NCBI GenBank assembly: GCA_051546255.1
Contig: CP128818.1
Span: forward strand, 1-64,000
From: Meyerozyma guilliermondii
Taxonomy: Eukaryota
Reading direction: 5' to 3'
DNA: 64,000 nucleotides
Part shown: positions 19,770-31,614 of the stretch, piece after piece
Position numbering within the stretch: the first letter of the stretch is position 1
Layout: each line of letters starts with the position of its first letter
Position numbers and translations under genes: made by a program
The notes under the pieces: model-generated
What the model was told of the DNA's origin: nothing
Seen by the model: the letters and a program-made list of their open reading frames with translations, nothing else
Databases searched by the model: none

Positions 19770-21101
19770 ATGTCTTTTCAGAGAGTCACAACCAGTCTCT
19801 ATGGTAGCAATTCTTCATTCGGTGAAAATTTATCATCAACAAATTTCTGTCACCTTGACGCAAATTCAGTCGATATCAGGCTGGACAGCATCAAAGATAT
19901 CCGTATGGACTCCATTATCGATGCTTATGTTGCAGCTACTCACAAGGATTCCAAGAGTCCTGCAATTAATCTTATCGTTTTGCAACAATGTGTTGCTAGT
20001 ATTAATGAGCTGATTGGATTTCGTCGTCAATTATTCCTCGGAAAGGAAAGCGACAAACTTGAGGCTGGAATTGAGACTGAAAACCCAAGAACTAAACTTG
20101 CATTTGAAACTGAAAATGTTAAGGATCTTGTCTTTACGGGAGTCGACAGTTACTCTCCTAATTGTGCTCTTTGCAGACTCAGGTGGAAATGTTTTAACCG
20201 CCGAAATTACAACTCTGATCACTACCGTCTTGTAGAGATCTCGTTGTACCATTTGGCTGTGGCAGCTGCTCACGAAAGTATTTCTTTGGCTCGCAAAGTG
20301 CATAATTCTGGCCCAGTTCGGTCTAAAAAAAAGCGCCAAAAGAGAAGAAACGGCGTGGTTGGATATAAAGAATTGGCTGCAAAATCTGGGCTTTCGCCAT
20401 GGCATTTCCATAGGGTGTTCAAGTCAGTTACCGGCATAACGCCTAGGACTTATGGTGATAAATGCTTGCAATATTTTGAGAGTATGTTCAAAAAGGAGGC
20501 AGAAATTTCTTCAGAACTGCAAAAAGCGACGTTAAGTGAGGATTCTTGGGATACGAAAACTTCTTTGCGTGGAATTTCTGCACCACTGGAAAAGAGAGAA
20601 CCAACTTTCAACACAAAGGTGTTCCAATCTGTGCCCAAGCAAGCTTCGAGCTTTAATTCAGAGACATTTCCAATAACGGCTTCCATTGAAGAGCTAAAAT
20701 GTGACACAGAAAGTGATTCACCTACCTCAAATAATACGTGTGAATCGTTTTTTGTCGCAAATCAGCCACACACAGTATCAAGTCAATCTATATCTGGCTG
20801 CGAGTATGGTTCCAATTATACAACTTCGTCACTGTCTTCGATCCTGGAGAGTTGCAATCCAAATGATGTCACATACTGCTCTGACTCCGAGAGCAAAATT
20901 TTGTCAGCCGTAGAGCATTTGCTGTATCCCTTCTTTGAAAAATCTGCTGACTTGTCAATAAATCCTACCATCACGGTAATTGTTCCTGAGCTTCATAGCC
21001 AGAATTTCGGACTCACCAAGGCAAGAATTGATAATTTTGCCAATTTTGAGCTTAAATTGATTGACTCCGATTTCCTACCAGAAGCCATGGCGGCATATTA
21101 A
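19770..21101 (+). CDS. AraC-type helix-turn-helix protein related to fungal Ada-like regulators, N-terminal Ada Zn site apparently degenerate
   Basis: KELAAKSGLSPWHFHRVFKSVTGITPRTY matches the Ada/AraC HTH. Basic NLS-like KKKRQKRR. Ser-rich tail. Confidence 0.7.
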   Translation: MSFQRVTTSLYGSNSSFGENLSSTNFCHLDANSVDIRLDSIKDIRMDSIIDAYVAATHKDSKSPAINLIVLQQCVASINELIGFRRQLFLGKESDKLEAGIETENPRTKLAFETENVKDLVFTGVDSYSPNCALCRLRWKCFNRRNYNSDHYRLVEISLYHLAVAAAHESISLARKVHNSGPVRSKKKRQKRRNGVVGYKELAAKSGLSPWHFHRVFKSVTGITPRTYGDKCLQYFESMFKKEAEISSELQKATLSEDSWDTKTSLRGISAPLEKREPTFNTKVFQSVPKQASSFNSETFPITASIEELKCDTESDSPTSNNTCESFFVANQPHTVSSQSISGCEYGSNYTTSSLSSILESCNPNDVTYCSDSESKILSAVEHLLYPFFEKSADLSINPTITVIVPELHSQNFGLTKARIDNFANFELKLIDSDFLPEAMAAY

Positions 21102-21128
21102 AGTGGTAACGCTGATATTCTCGTGGAT

Positions 21129-23117
21129 CTAATGCAAGGCTCTGAAAAATTGTGTACCAGAATACCTGTGAAGTCCTTCGATTTCACGACGCCGATTATA
21201 TTCTAGAATTTGAAAATTTGCTGGCATATTCGAAACGTCAATTACTTCAAACTCATTTCCTAGACGTAGTTGCGTGAGCTTCTCAGCTCGAATTTAATCA
21301 AATGAGAACTCTGTAAGTCCAATCCCCATGAGATCAAGAACTCTTAATTCCAGATTCTTAGCTACCGTGAAATTTAAGTGTATTGGATTTTCATTGAGGT
21401 TTAGTATCTCAATATGGGCCTCAACTTTTAATGACTCCAAATTGTTATATCCCAAGTCTAGAAATTTAACTGTTTGCGGTATGGTGAGATCATCTATACT
21501 TTGCAAGTTATTGCCAAACAAGTCTAGCATTTCCAAACCTGGGGGTAGCTCGATCATATTGTCGTCGATTATGTTTAAGCTAGAACTGCTCAAGTTTAAG
21601 TATTTCAATTTTGATCCTCTGGCAAATTTGACTCCACTCATACCTGACAAGTTTACTTCCGTGAGGTGGAGTTCACGTAATGATGATGGGAATGTGTAAT
21701 TTTGAAGAGTTCCAGTTCCAGCTCCCAAGAGGTCTAAACGCCTGACATTAGAAGGCAATTGTGGTGTCTGAGAAAGATCTAGCTCATTGTTACTGAGAAT
21801 AAGGACTTTAAGGCAACCTGGAAGTGAGGGAAAAGAAGTCAACTTATTTTCGCTTATGTCAATATGCTCAAGAGCTGGAGCTTCAATCTCCACATCCGTT
21901 AAAGAATTGTCTTTCAAGTACAAAAATTCACAGCAAGGAAGATCGACTTTAAATGATGAAAGCTTATTTCCTGAAAGTGAAAGTCTCTTCAATCCGGCTG
22001 GTTTTAGCCAGCCTGCTGCCAGAGTAATGTCACAAAACTCTAGCGCGAGGTCAACTATTTTAGGGGGAAAATCGACTTTGGCCAAATCTTTAAACTTGCC
22101 AAATGTAATGGAAAGTTTTAGCAAGTTGGGCGGAAATCTTAAATGGGCGATAGAACCTTGTGGCAGATCCAATGTAAGGGAAGTCATATGAGTGAAAGCT
22201 GTCATGTTAGACTTTTTACCCCCATGATTGTATAAAGAGCGTAACAGCGTGGGAATTCTGGACGAGAATCTACCAAAAAATTCAAAATGTTTCACTTTAG
22301 GGCCAATCATGGAGAAAATTTCATCCTTATTTGTCGCATTTTCAGTGCAATACGAAAAATGTTCCAAATCTTTGTTCCAAAGTATCTGGAGTAGCATGGA
22401 GTAATAGGCGGACTCTTGTGTGCCTTCTAGAACCAACACCCTGAGAGCGGGTAGTTTTGGATGGTCTTCATTCATTTCTATGGTGCACGAAGAAGATGCT
22501 ACCAACGTCTTCAAGTTGATCGGTAATTTCCTGAAAGTCACCAGGTCGAGATATAAGTCCTTCAAGCTGGGGTGCTCGTGGTCAACGATCATCTCCCAAT
22601 TCACGCCGTAGAAAGTCTCCAATTTCGGGAAATTATTCAAATCAATACAAATACCAAAATCGAAATGCGGTGCGAGGGAGAGGCAAGTGACCTTCAAATG
22701 AATATCATGGTATGATAAGATAGGATAGCTTTGAATATCCCACTCCTTAAGTTCGGCATGTATGGCTAATTTCTGGCCGTTGTAAACCAGATTTATTTCA
22801 CCAAGACTGTGGTGCATTTCAGGAATGTCTCTCCAATAAGAATAGAACCAAAGAGGACATTTGTGTGATCTCTCTTCAAGAATCTTGTGTACGCGTGAAA
22901 ACCGATCGAAATCGGTTTCATAGTGGTCGTGAATTTTTTCAATTCTTTCAGTGCCTCGAATTCCCGTGGAATACTAAAAGCCATCGAGATTGTTAGCTGC
23001 AGCTTCAAGGATATTATCAGAAACGTTCTCCAATAGTATTATGTCAGTGAGAAGCTCTGTGCTCAAGTGGGAGAGGCAACGCGTGACAATCTCATTTGGT
23101 AAGGTATCTAGGTTCAT
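21129..23117 (-). pseudogene. Paralogue of the F-box-like/LRR gene with two in-frame premature stops
   Basis: ATG 23117 (MNLDTLPNEIVTRC) reads in one frame to TAG 21129. Internal TAG at 22974-22976 aligns to Trp of the paralogue. Internal TAA at 21294-21296 is followed by IRAEKLTQLRLG, matching LRAEKLIQLRLG. Confidence 0.85.
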
Positions 23118-23341
23118 TTTGATAGTTTTGAAGCTCACCAGAAGTTCAAAGGCTGCGGAATAGTGATGTGTGCAGGATGACATGCGGCTGCAAAGAATTC
23201 ATGCCTCTTTTGCAAAATTGTGTAAAGATCAATTGCTACATTTGTACCATTATATCCTTTTAGTACTACCTCACCAGAGCGAGTCCACAGAGAATCTCTA
23301 AATTCACTAAAATTTCATATATTCAATTCTTTAAGTCCAGC

Positions 23342-23488
23342 TTAATTAATAAAGGCAGTTTGAGTCTCCTTGACCACCTCGAAATCAACCACAATAAACC
23401 CTGGACCTCTCTCCTCAAGATCAGGGGACTCGGCACTGACTAAAGCAGCGAAAAAAATGGTGGATAACGAAACTTCAAAAAAACGCAT
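23342..23488 (-). pseudogene. Truncated aspartic-protease pre-pro remnant (48 aa)
   Basis: Manual translation MRFFEVSLSTIFFAALVSAESPDLEERGPGFIVVDFEVVKETQTAFIN*. Signal peptide plus the GF..L.F.VV pro-segment of the neighbouring SAPs, same strand. Confidence 0.6.
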
Positions 23489-24643
23489 AGTGATGTTGAA
23501 AAAAGGGAAAAGTGGGAATCATGTCAATTTAAGGACCCTGCATGGTTGCGAGCCCACAAGACGCATTGCCGCCGCACCAAAGGACCTGTGAGCCGCACAC
23601 CCCTCTTATCAGAAAGGAATAAGAGGTGGAGGGATCTACACTCTAACTTGGACCAGAGCTAAATTACGACTCAACACCCACTCAACTGGCTACAAAGTAA
23701 GATAGAAAGGACTGGCGAGAATTATGATCTTGAAACATATTGATGAAACTGTTGAAAATCATAGTTGACAATTTTTAGTTGGCAACTAGATATTCAATTC
23801 AGAGATTGAGCGCTTGATTGGGAGTATCATTATCGTTCAGTTAATGCTTTGGCAAACTTATAAAGACGATTTGATGAAGATAGAACAATGGAAGTTGTTT
23901 GAATTTCATCAATAAAAGGACTAGTGGCTCCAAAAAAAAGTCTGAAATGGCTCAGAAGTTGAGCATTTGCATCGAAGACTATAAACCAAAAAAGTCTAAT
24001 TCTGAATTTATCGGCTGCAATGGTGATTGATCACCAGAATTGGGTCTCCATGGCATTTTTGGTTACCTTAAATTACTGATACGACTAAATATTTATGGCT
24101 TCTGCACCTGAAATGAAGCTGCTGGAATACAAACTCAATGCTCAAGAAATAAAGGTTCGAACCAAAGCTGCAAAATACTCATGCGGAGTTATGACTGGCA
24201 CCTTTCGTTTTTGAAACCGACAGCCAAACAAAAATCCTTCCAGATTCAGACCGGCGAGATTACAAGATTACAAACTGCTCGAGAATAGGGTTCCACCTCG
24301 GCACAATCGTTTCACAAATTACTATTCAGATTATACGGTCCAAACAGATACTGAAAGTAAAACAAAATTGATGTTACTTCGAGCCCAAAATCAACCATTA
24401 GGTTGAAGCTGTTGAGACACCCTAAATTTGATGCTGTTCCTTCTGCCTGCTATGAACCCAACTTGAAACGAATGAATCTTTTTTCTGATCTAACATTGAT
24501 AGCTAATGTTCTGCTTTTAGGCTCATTGATTTTCAGTGGAACCAGCAAAGGAGACAAGGTAACGCCTTGAATTTTTAAGACTTATATTGAAGAAGATACT
24601 CCAGTTTCACAATTAAATTATCAGTTGAAGAATGTATGGCTCT

Positions 24644-25825
24644 CTAGATAGCTACGACATTCTTGGCATCGGTGTTCTTGACATGAGCAAGCGAGATGGT
24701 GTTGGCATCATAGTCAAACACAGTATAAGCGTTTCTCATAAACATGTCTCCAAGAATGTTAATTTCGGCTCTTCCAATATAAAAGCCACATCCATAGTTG
24801 GTTGTGTCATCGGAAATGTTTGTCAGCCAAGCAGCAGCGAGCGACTGTTGAAACGAAATTCCATTAAAGTTGAATGTCAACATCAAATTAGGGTTGGCAC
24901 TGCAGTCGCAAAGATAAGTTTCAATGTCTTCATTATAATGAGCACCTGGATAATTTGAGAAAATGGCATCTCCAAGTTGCTGGTTGAATGCTGCAAAGGT
25001 GGTACCCGAATCAATAAGTGTTTCACTGTTGGTGGTGATTGTCTTGCTATTGATGTTGACACTATTCAACTTTACAGAAAGACGACTATTGGAGACAATG
25101 GGCAATGTCACCAATTTACCATCAATCTTGGCAAGATCTTTACCTCCAAAAATTATCGATCCGGTGGCAGCATTTTCTTGGTTCAAGTAGAGAGAATAGG
25201 CTCTCTTATTAATCAATTTTTGGCTCTTCAACAGCTCGATAAAGTTGGGATATTCGTTGTAAGAAGCCTCGTTGGACGTGAAACCAATACCAAAAACTCC
25301 AAATCCAGCGGTATTGGTTGTAGCAGAAGCAAATTGAGCATTGGTCACCTTGGCACACGATTTGCAAGTACCCAAGGCAATAGTGTCTTGGTAATAAGAT
25401 CCCTTGGCTGTTGAGTGATCGCCATAAACGATTGAAAATGGCAGGTTAAGTTTCCTGGAAGTGGTCGACTGAGATGGATTGTAGTCCCCATACTGGCATG
25501 AGTTATCGGCACATCCAGATCTGGAATCAACCACCCACAAATCAGATGAACCAGTGTCGATATCAACGCCAATCTTTTGTTGGTTCGATCCAATATAGAT
25601 ATAAGTGATGTAATAGCCATGTTGGTTATACAACGTTCTGGTGGTAGGACCAGATCTCCTTCTGAGACCCACTAACTCGGGATCAGTAATGTTGGTGACA
25701 ACGTCAAATTCAAGCTCAAGAAAGCCTTCGGATCTCTTATCCAAAGTGTCGGGAACCGCAGCTGCAGATGTGCATGCAGCGAACAAAGTTGCAGCTGCAG
25801 AGATAAGAAGGGGAGAAAAGTGCAT
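24644..25825 (-). CDS. Secreted aspartic protease (candidapepsin/Sap family)
   Basis: Signal peptide from ATG 25825, KR/RR processing sites, DTGSSDLW and DSGTT catalytic motifs, ILGD. No GPI tail. Confidence 0.93.
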   Translation of the reverse strand: MHFSPLLISAAATLFAACTSAAAVPDTLDKRSEGFLELEFDVVTNITDPELVGLRRRSGPTTRTLYNQHGYYITYIYIGSNQQKIGVDIDTGSSDLWVVDSRSGCADNSCQYGDYNPSQSTTSRKLNLPFSIVYGDHSTAKGSYYQDTIALGTCKSCAKVTNAQFASATTNTAGFGVFGIGFTSNEASYNEYPNFIELLKSQKLINKRAYSLYLNQENAATGSIIFGGKDLAKIDGKLVTLPIVSNSRLSVKLNSVNINSKTITTNSETLIDSGTTFAAFNQQLGDAIFSNYPGAHYNEDIETYLCDCSANPNLMLTFNFNGISFQQSLAAAWLTNISDDTTNYGCGFYIGRAEINILGDMFMRNAYTVFDYDANTISLAHVKNTDAKNVVAI

Positions 25826-27069
25826 TATTGGTTCCACAATGACAATTGCTTCGATATTTATAGCCCGGGCCCTTTCATGGTTACGGGAATCCAATCATGA
25901 CGCGCTTTGAAACTTCCTCTCTCGAGAGCACACGGTTGTGAGCGTCCCGCACGGCTCGATGCACGATTTGACGTGCATGTCTTGGCACGCGTATGCACCC
26001 CAGCATCAACATCCCAAGTGAATAAGTCAATCAACTTGCTCACCCATGCAACTGAGCTTGCTTACTGAAGATGATGGTACCAGGCGCCAACTGTCTTGAT
26101 ACAGAAGAATGCTCACCCAAAAACTACATGTCGTGTGATGGAGCGGACGCGACGCAGCTGCACGTCAAACTCCTGTCATATGCGGGAATGCAGAGTGATA
26201 GCTTGTCACATGTATCTTGACTTATCTGACAAATTCCATCAAGGCCGCCAATTTGGGTGCAAATCGATATCGGCAACGCTCCCCTTTACAAACCGAGATC
26301 GTCGCTCACGTATGTATAAGTCTTTCGCGTTGTTGGCTCGACCAGAAAATAATTTAATTGGGATGCTAGTATAGCCGATTGACAATTCCGCGTCCCCGCA
26401 TCCAATCATACCTAACGCACGGAATTATAGCAGAAATGTAAGTACGAAACAAGTGCTTCTCATGGGCATGTATTGCCGAAACTATACTTTTTGCAATTCG
26501 ACGTTACCAACAACACCTTGTTTCCTGATTTGGAATAGGCTAAAAAATAGTTGGCCGTTGACAGTTGACCACAAAACGGGCAACATCTGCATTTGCACCA
26601 TTTACAACGGCACCATTTTCGGATTGTTAAACCCGATTTGACGTGCCGAGGATGTTATATTAATAGGTTGGTTGCAGCTGAAGGTGCAGCAGACGCAACA
26701 TTTTCCGCTGCTTGTCAATTCCTTGCAACGCGCCCACAATTCTAAAATTAGCGTCTGTGCTGCTTCGTAATTGGCTAGCCCTCTTGAGCACGGCATCAAA
26801 TCCTTATCTTTTGTGGGGTGACAAAAAGTGCCGTTCGATTGCTGCAAAACGCATGCGTGCGGCTCATGACAATTTCACCGATGATAAGCCCTGATTGTTC
26901 GCGGAACTATAAGCGCTCCGCGTTGCGCATTGGTCACGAACGATTGACGGAATGTTTATCAAACTCTTTTCAGATATGCACATTTGACAAACATACACTT
27001 GACAGAACTGCACATTTGACTGCACAGTTGACTGCACGTTTGACATTTGGCTGCGAAAACATACATTAA

Positions 27070-28278
27070 CTAAATGGGAACAATATTGGACTCTTGGGCG
27101 TATTTTGGAAGTCCGAGGGAAATCTCGCCATCTTCCAAGTCGTACACAACGTAAGCTCTTCTCAAAAATGTGTCACCAAGAATGTTACCAGTACTGATTA
27201 GATATCCACAACCAACGAATTGGTCGTTTTCATCGGTGATGTTAGTACTATAAGTGTCGTTAAGAGGAACTGGAATAGTAATACCTTCAAAATTGAATTC
27301 AAAGGTCAAGTCTGGGACTGGAGTAGCACAGTCAACCAAGTACAAAGGAGTCCCACTAACATTTTTCCAATAAGCACCGGGAAGTGAACCGATCAATTGA
27401 GTGAAAGCAGCGTCTGGAAGATAGAAAATTGTGGTTCCTGAATCCAAAAGCACATCAGTATTGATTTCTGCGGTTTGGTTGCCGAGAGAAAGGGTGTTCA
27501 AATTCACAGTAAGAGCGTTGTCAGTGGTGATTGGAAGTGTCACCAACTCTCCATTTACTTTGGCCAAGTCTTTTCCTCCAAAAAGCACCGAACCACTTGC
27601 AGCATCAGGGGAGTCAAGGAAAAGAGAATAGGCCACTTTGGAAATGATTCCTTGGTTTTTCAACACATAGGGCAAGTTTGGATACGTTGGACCACCAGTA
27701 ATCACTGTAGCTTCTGCTCCCAAAGTATCAAAACCAATTCCAAGAATTCCCATTCCAGCATCGTTCCGGGTAGCGTCAGCAAACTGGAGGTTTTTAGCTA
27801 CGGCAGATGAGTCTGAAGAAGCAAATCCAATGTCGTCGGTGTAATACAATCCTTGGGCATACGAGTTGTCTCCATATTCAATGAAGAACACCTCATTGAG
27901 GTTTTTGCTGGTGGTAGATTCCAGCGGATTATAAGTTCCGTATTGACAGGCATTGTCAAAACAACCGGCGGAAGAATCCACAAACCACAAATCAGATGAT
28001 CCAGTGTCAAGATCCACCCCAATTTTCTGCTTGTTGGAACCAGCATAGACATAGGTAATGTAGTAAGCATCTTTGTTGTAAAGGGTTTCCGTAAAGGTGC
28101 CGTTTCCATTGGCAATTTTGTGCACTCTCGACTTCTTCACATCAGCGTTCCGAACCACATCGAAGTCAAGCTTGAGAAAGTTGGACGATCTCTTGTCAAG
28201 AGACGAATTTTCAGGGACAACTAAGGCAAAAACTGCAGCAGCCAAAGCTGTGAAAGTTACGAGGGTAAAGGAAACCAT
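27070..28278 (-). CDS. Secreted aspartic protease (Sap family)
   Basis: Signal peptide, DKR, DTGSSDLW, DSGTT, ILGDTFLRRAY. No GPI tail. Confidence 0.94.
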   Translation of the reverse strand: MVSFTLVTFTALAAAVFALVVPENSSLDKRSSNFLKLDFDVVRNADVKKSRVHKIANGNGTFTETLYNKDAYYITYVYAGSNKQKIGVDLDTGSSDLWFVDSSAGCFDNACQYGTYNPLESTTSKNLNEVFFIEYGDNSYAQGLYYTDDIGFASSDSSAVAKNLQFADATRNDAGMGILGIGFDTLGAEATVITGGPTYPNLPYVLKNQGIISKVAYSLFLDSPDAASGSVLFGGKDLAKVNGELVTLPITTDNALTVNLNTLSLGNQTAEINTDVLLDSGTTIFYLPDAAFTQLIGSLPGAYWKNVSGTPLYLVDCATPVPDLTFEFNFEGITIPVPLNDTYSTNITDENDQFVGCGYLISTGNILGDTFLRRAYVVYDLEDGEISLGLPKYAQESNIVPI

Positions 28279-30165
28279 TGCTCATCGATGAGAAAATCTG
28301 GCCTTATATACTAAAGGCTGGAACACATGCCGGTGCCTTACGTGAAACGGTCCGTGGCTAATGCCCGGTTATAGGCTTTGAAAGGTTTGCCGTTGATTGC
28401 CGTTAGGTTGCCGACGGCACGCGCATAGTGCAACAAATTCGCAGCCACCTGTGCGGCTCAGTGATGCAAAGCGCATCCGATAGCTGTGGACAAAGAATGG
28501 CTGCGAAATGCCAATGAGTCAAAAGCGCAAAAGGTCTTGAACAGCCGCTGGGTGGCATGAACGAGCTGTGGCAAAGAAGACTAATGGTCACGAAAATGAA
28601 AATTACACCCTATTTTTGGCAATATAATACCTAGAAAATATGCCAAACGGGCACCAGGGGTAGAATTTCAAGCGCCCGACGGCCACCCTGCACAATTAAA
28701 GTTTTCGCTACTTTCAAATTTGAGAAAGAGAAGCTTCTTTGTTCTCTGCTCAGTATAAGAAGCTAGGAGTATTAAAGTTGTAATTGAAATCCTTGTGTCT
28801 ATTTTTCCAGTCACACGCTATTTCTCTAACATTCAGTTGGATGAGTGAAAGTCGGAACTACGGAAGTCGTTTGGTTTGGGATGCTTCCAGAGCATTAAGA
28901 GCTATTAGCATTCCTTCTTCTACTGTGATGCAATCACCACAAACAAGAGGACCATATTGTCGAATTAATGAGCCATGTGAAGGGTTGGAGGCTCAATATT
29001 GTAATGTTACATAGATTATTACTGTGGTTTACCATAATAACGGCTCACATCTTTATTCCCTATCCCACGTTTCCAATAAACGGCCCACTGTAATTTTCGC
29101 AGCCACAATGACGAATGAAAATGTGGTTCCATTTTCGCGAACATGAATTTGATTCATTTCATTTTTATGAATGCAAGAAATTAGTGGATGAGGCCATGAC
29201 TTAGTTGTTGCTTGAGTCCTAGTCTTAACCTATTGGTCTCGATGTAGTATCAAATGGTTTAAAGTACTGAAGATTTGTTTTGCAAGCAATATTACTTAGG
29301 TATTTTCAGTGCTTCACTAGCCAACCATCAAAGCTAGAAGTTACAATTGAGCTATTGATGGTGACAAAAGGCTAGTATCGGCCTAGCAAATGCCCGCTTA
29401 AAAACAATAGAATTTGGTCACGAAACTCTTAGGTCCAACGAGTTTGCAATTTCGAAGTAGGCTCCAGGAATGGCAATATGTCATTGACTCACGAAATCAC
29501 CGTACCTCTTCAATATCAGACAATTGACCACCATATTCAACTACAAGTTGGAGTGCATAAGCTTTCAAGAGTATTTTTGCCAAATTGTTCTTTAGGTCAA
29601 GAAAGTTAATTAGAAATTTTGGCTTTCAACCAAGACTCCAATTGGTGATCATGGAAAGCTGACTTTGCCGTACCATATTTCTCGGCACTCCTCTTTTGAT
29701 TCACTCTTTCATGAATCATTTACATAAGTCTATTGCATTTGAAGGACGAATCTGTGATTGAGACTTGGAAGTGACCGTAAATGCAAATTTAAGCACTCAC
29801 ACAGTCCGATTGAGCTTATCCACCACCCAGCTTCATCAAGAAAAGCTGTTAGCTCTTTTAGAAAATCAAGGCGAGTTCCTGCTGTAAATAGAGTACACTG
29901 CCACTTACAAGCGATCAACTTGGGTATCGAAGATCATGAGAAAGTCTATATCACCTGTCCAGCTCACTATGAATGTTCGCTGATGTACAACCACTAAATT
30001 TTGGCTGTTTCATGTTGCCCGATGATGTATTTTCAGAAACGCATCACTACTAAAGTAGCCACTAGGCTGCGAAACGAAGCCCCATGAGCCGCACGTCACA
30101 GCTGCATATTCGCTTGTTCGTTACATCTACTGAGGTGGAAATATCAATTGCTACTTTTTTCTAAG

Positions 30166-31332
30166 TCAGATTGGAACAACATTGGTGTCTGTGGTGTACT
30201 TGGGATGTCCAAGGGAAATTGTGTCTGCGTCCAAATCGTACACAATATAGGCGCTTCTCATGAAAAAATCACCAAGAATGATTTCTGGATCTTTAATGTC
30301 CAGCTCACCAACATGATATCCACATCCCAAGTCATTTCCATCGTCATCGGTTATATCCTTGTAATGGAATGTGGAGAGAGGAACCTCAAAGTCAATTCCG
30401 TCGAACGAGAATTTCAAGTTGACATCCGGCAATGGTTCACCACAAGTTGTCTGATATAATTTGGAGGTTTCACTGTAATTGCCATAAGGAGAAAAGAGCT
30501 TCTTGGAAATCTCGAGAGGAAGGAATATGGTGGTGGTTCCCGAGTCCAAAAGAGCATCGTAATTGAACTCAGCTGTGACATCTCCAACGGAAAGGGTGTT
30601 CAATTTCACCGAAAGTTCGGTCTTTCTCGTGACAGGAAGCGTAACCAAATCTCCATCAATTTTGGCCAAATCCTTGCCGCCGAAAAGAACCAGTCCAGTA
30701 CGTGCTTTGGCGGTATCCAAGTAGAACGAATAGGCGTTCTTGCTGATATAACCTTGGTCCTTCAACACTTGAGGAAAGTTGGGGTACTCGACCTTGGAAG
30801 CTTCGTTGGTGGTTTTGCCAATACCCAAGATTCCAACATCAGCGGTGTTTGTGGTAGTATCAGCAAACTGCAAGCCTCTTAACACATAGGGCGAGTCAGC
30901 CGATCCAAGGGTAATATCGTCGGTATAATAAGTTCCCTTGGCACCGGTTTTATCACCATATCTAATCGAAAAAGGGTAAAAGAGATTGTTGGCTGAAGAA
31001 GACGAACTTGGATCGTAAGTACCGTACCGACACGACCGGTAGGCACATCCAGCGTCTTTGTCAACGAACCACAAGTCTGAAGAGCCGGTATCAATGTCCA
31101 CGCCAATTGGCTGCTTATTGGAACCAGCATAAACGTAAGTGAGGTAAAAGACGTTTTTGTTGAACAAAGTCTGAGTAATTGCACCATTTTCCCTCTTGGA
31201 AATACTAGGAGGGCCTCTGAGAACTTCGAACGCCAACTTGAGGAAACCTGGCTTGGTGGCATTGTCGGGAATAGCGGCCGACAAAACTGTCGCGACTAAA
31301 GTGGAAGCGGCAAGGAATGAAAAGTGAACCAT
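30166..31332 (-). CDS. Secreted aspartic protease (Sap family)
   Basis: ATG 31332, signal peptide, SKR, DTGSSDLW, DSGTT, ILGDFFMRSAY. Confidence 0.94.
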   Translation of the reverse strand: MVHFSFLAASTLVATVLSAAIPDNATKPGFLKLAFEVLRGPPSISKRENGAITQTLFNKNVFYLTYVYAGSNKQPIGVDIDTGSSDLWFVDKDAGCAYRSCRYGTYDPSSSSSANNLFYPFSIRYGDKTGAKGTYYTDDITLGSADSPYVLRGLQFADTTTNTADVGILGIGKTTNEASKVEYPNFPQVLKDQGYISKNAYSFYLDTAKARTGLVLFGGKDLAKIDGDLVTLPVTRKTELSVKLNTLSVGDVTAEFNYDALLDSGTTTIFLPLEISKKLFSPYGNYSETSKLYQTTCGEPLPDVNLKFSFDGIDFEVPLSTFHYKDITDDDGNDLGCGYHVGELDIKDPEIILGDFFMRSAYIVYDLDADTISLGHPKYTTDTNVVPI

Positions 31333-31614
31333 GATGATCAAACAGTCATTAATCTGGGTTTATATACCCCAGCCACCCGACGTCGGAAGGGCTTTATCGG
31401 TGGTGAATGCCAAGATAAAATAACAGGACCAGTTGGTTGACATGCAGGGAAAAAACGTCAATCTACCCGTCTTGCCCACCGTGCATATGCAAGATGTGCT
31501 ATTTGCAGCCGTACTTGGTGCCGCATAAAACACGGAGGCACATACTAGACAAGGCATACATTACTAGTCATAACTGTGAAATCAACCTGAACTGCTTCAA
31601 CCTGCTCAACCTGC

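Noticed and set aside
27008..27044. Short degenerate repeats (CTGCACnnTTGA x3; similar runs at 53905-53980 and 57760-57840)
   Set aside because: Simple slippage repeats in 3' flanks with no further structure.
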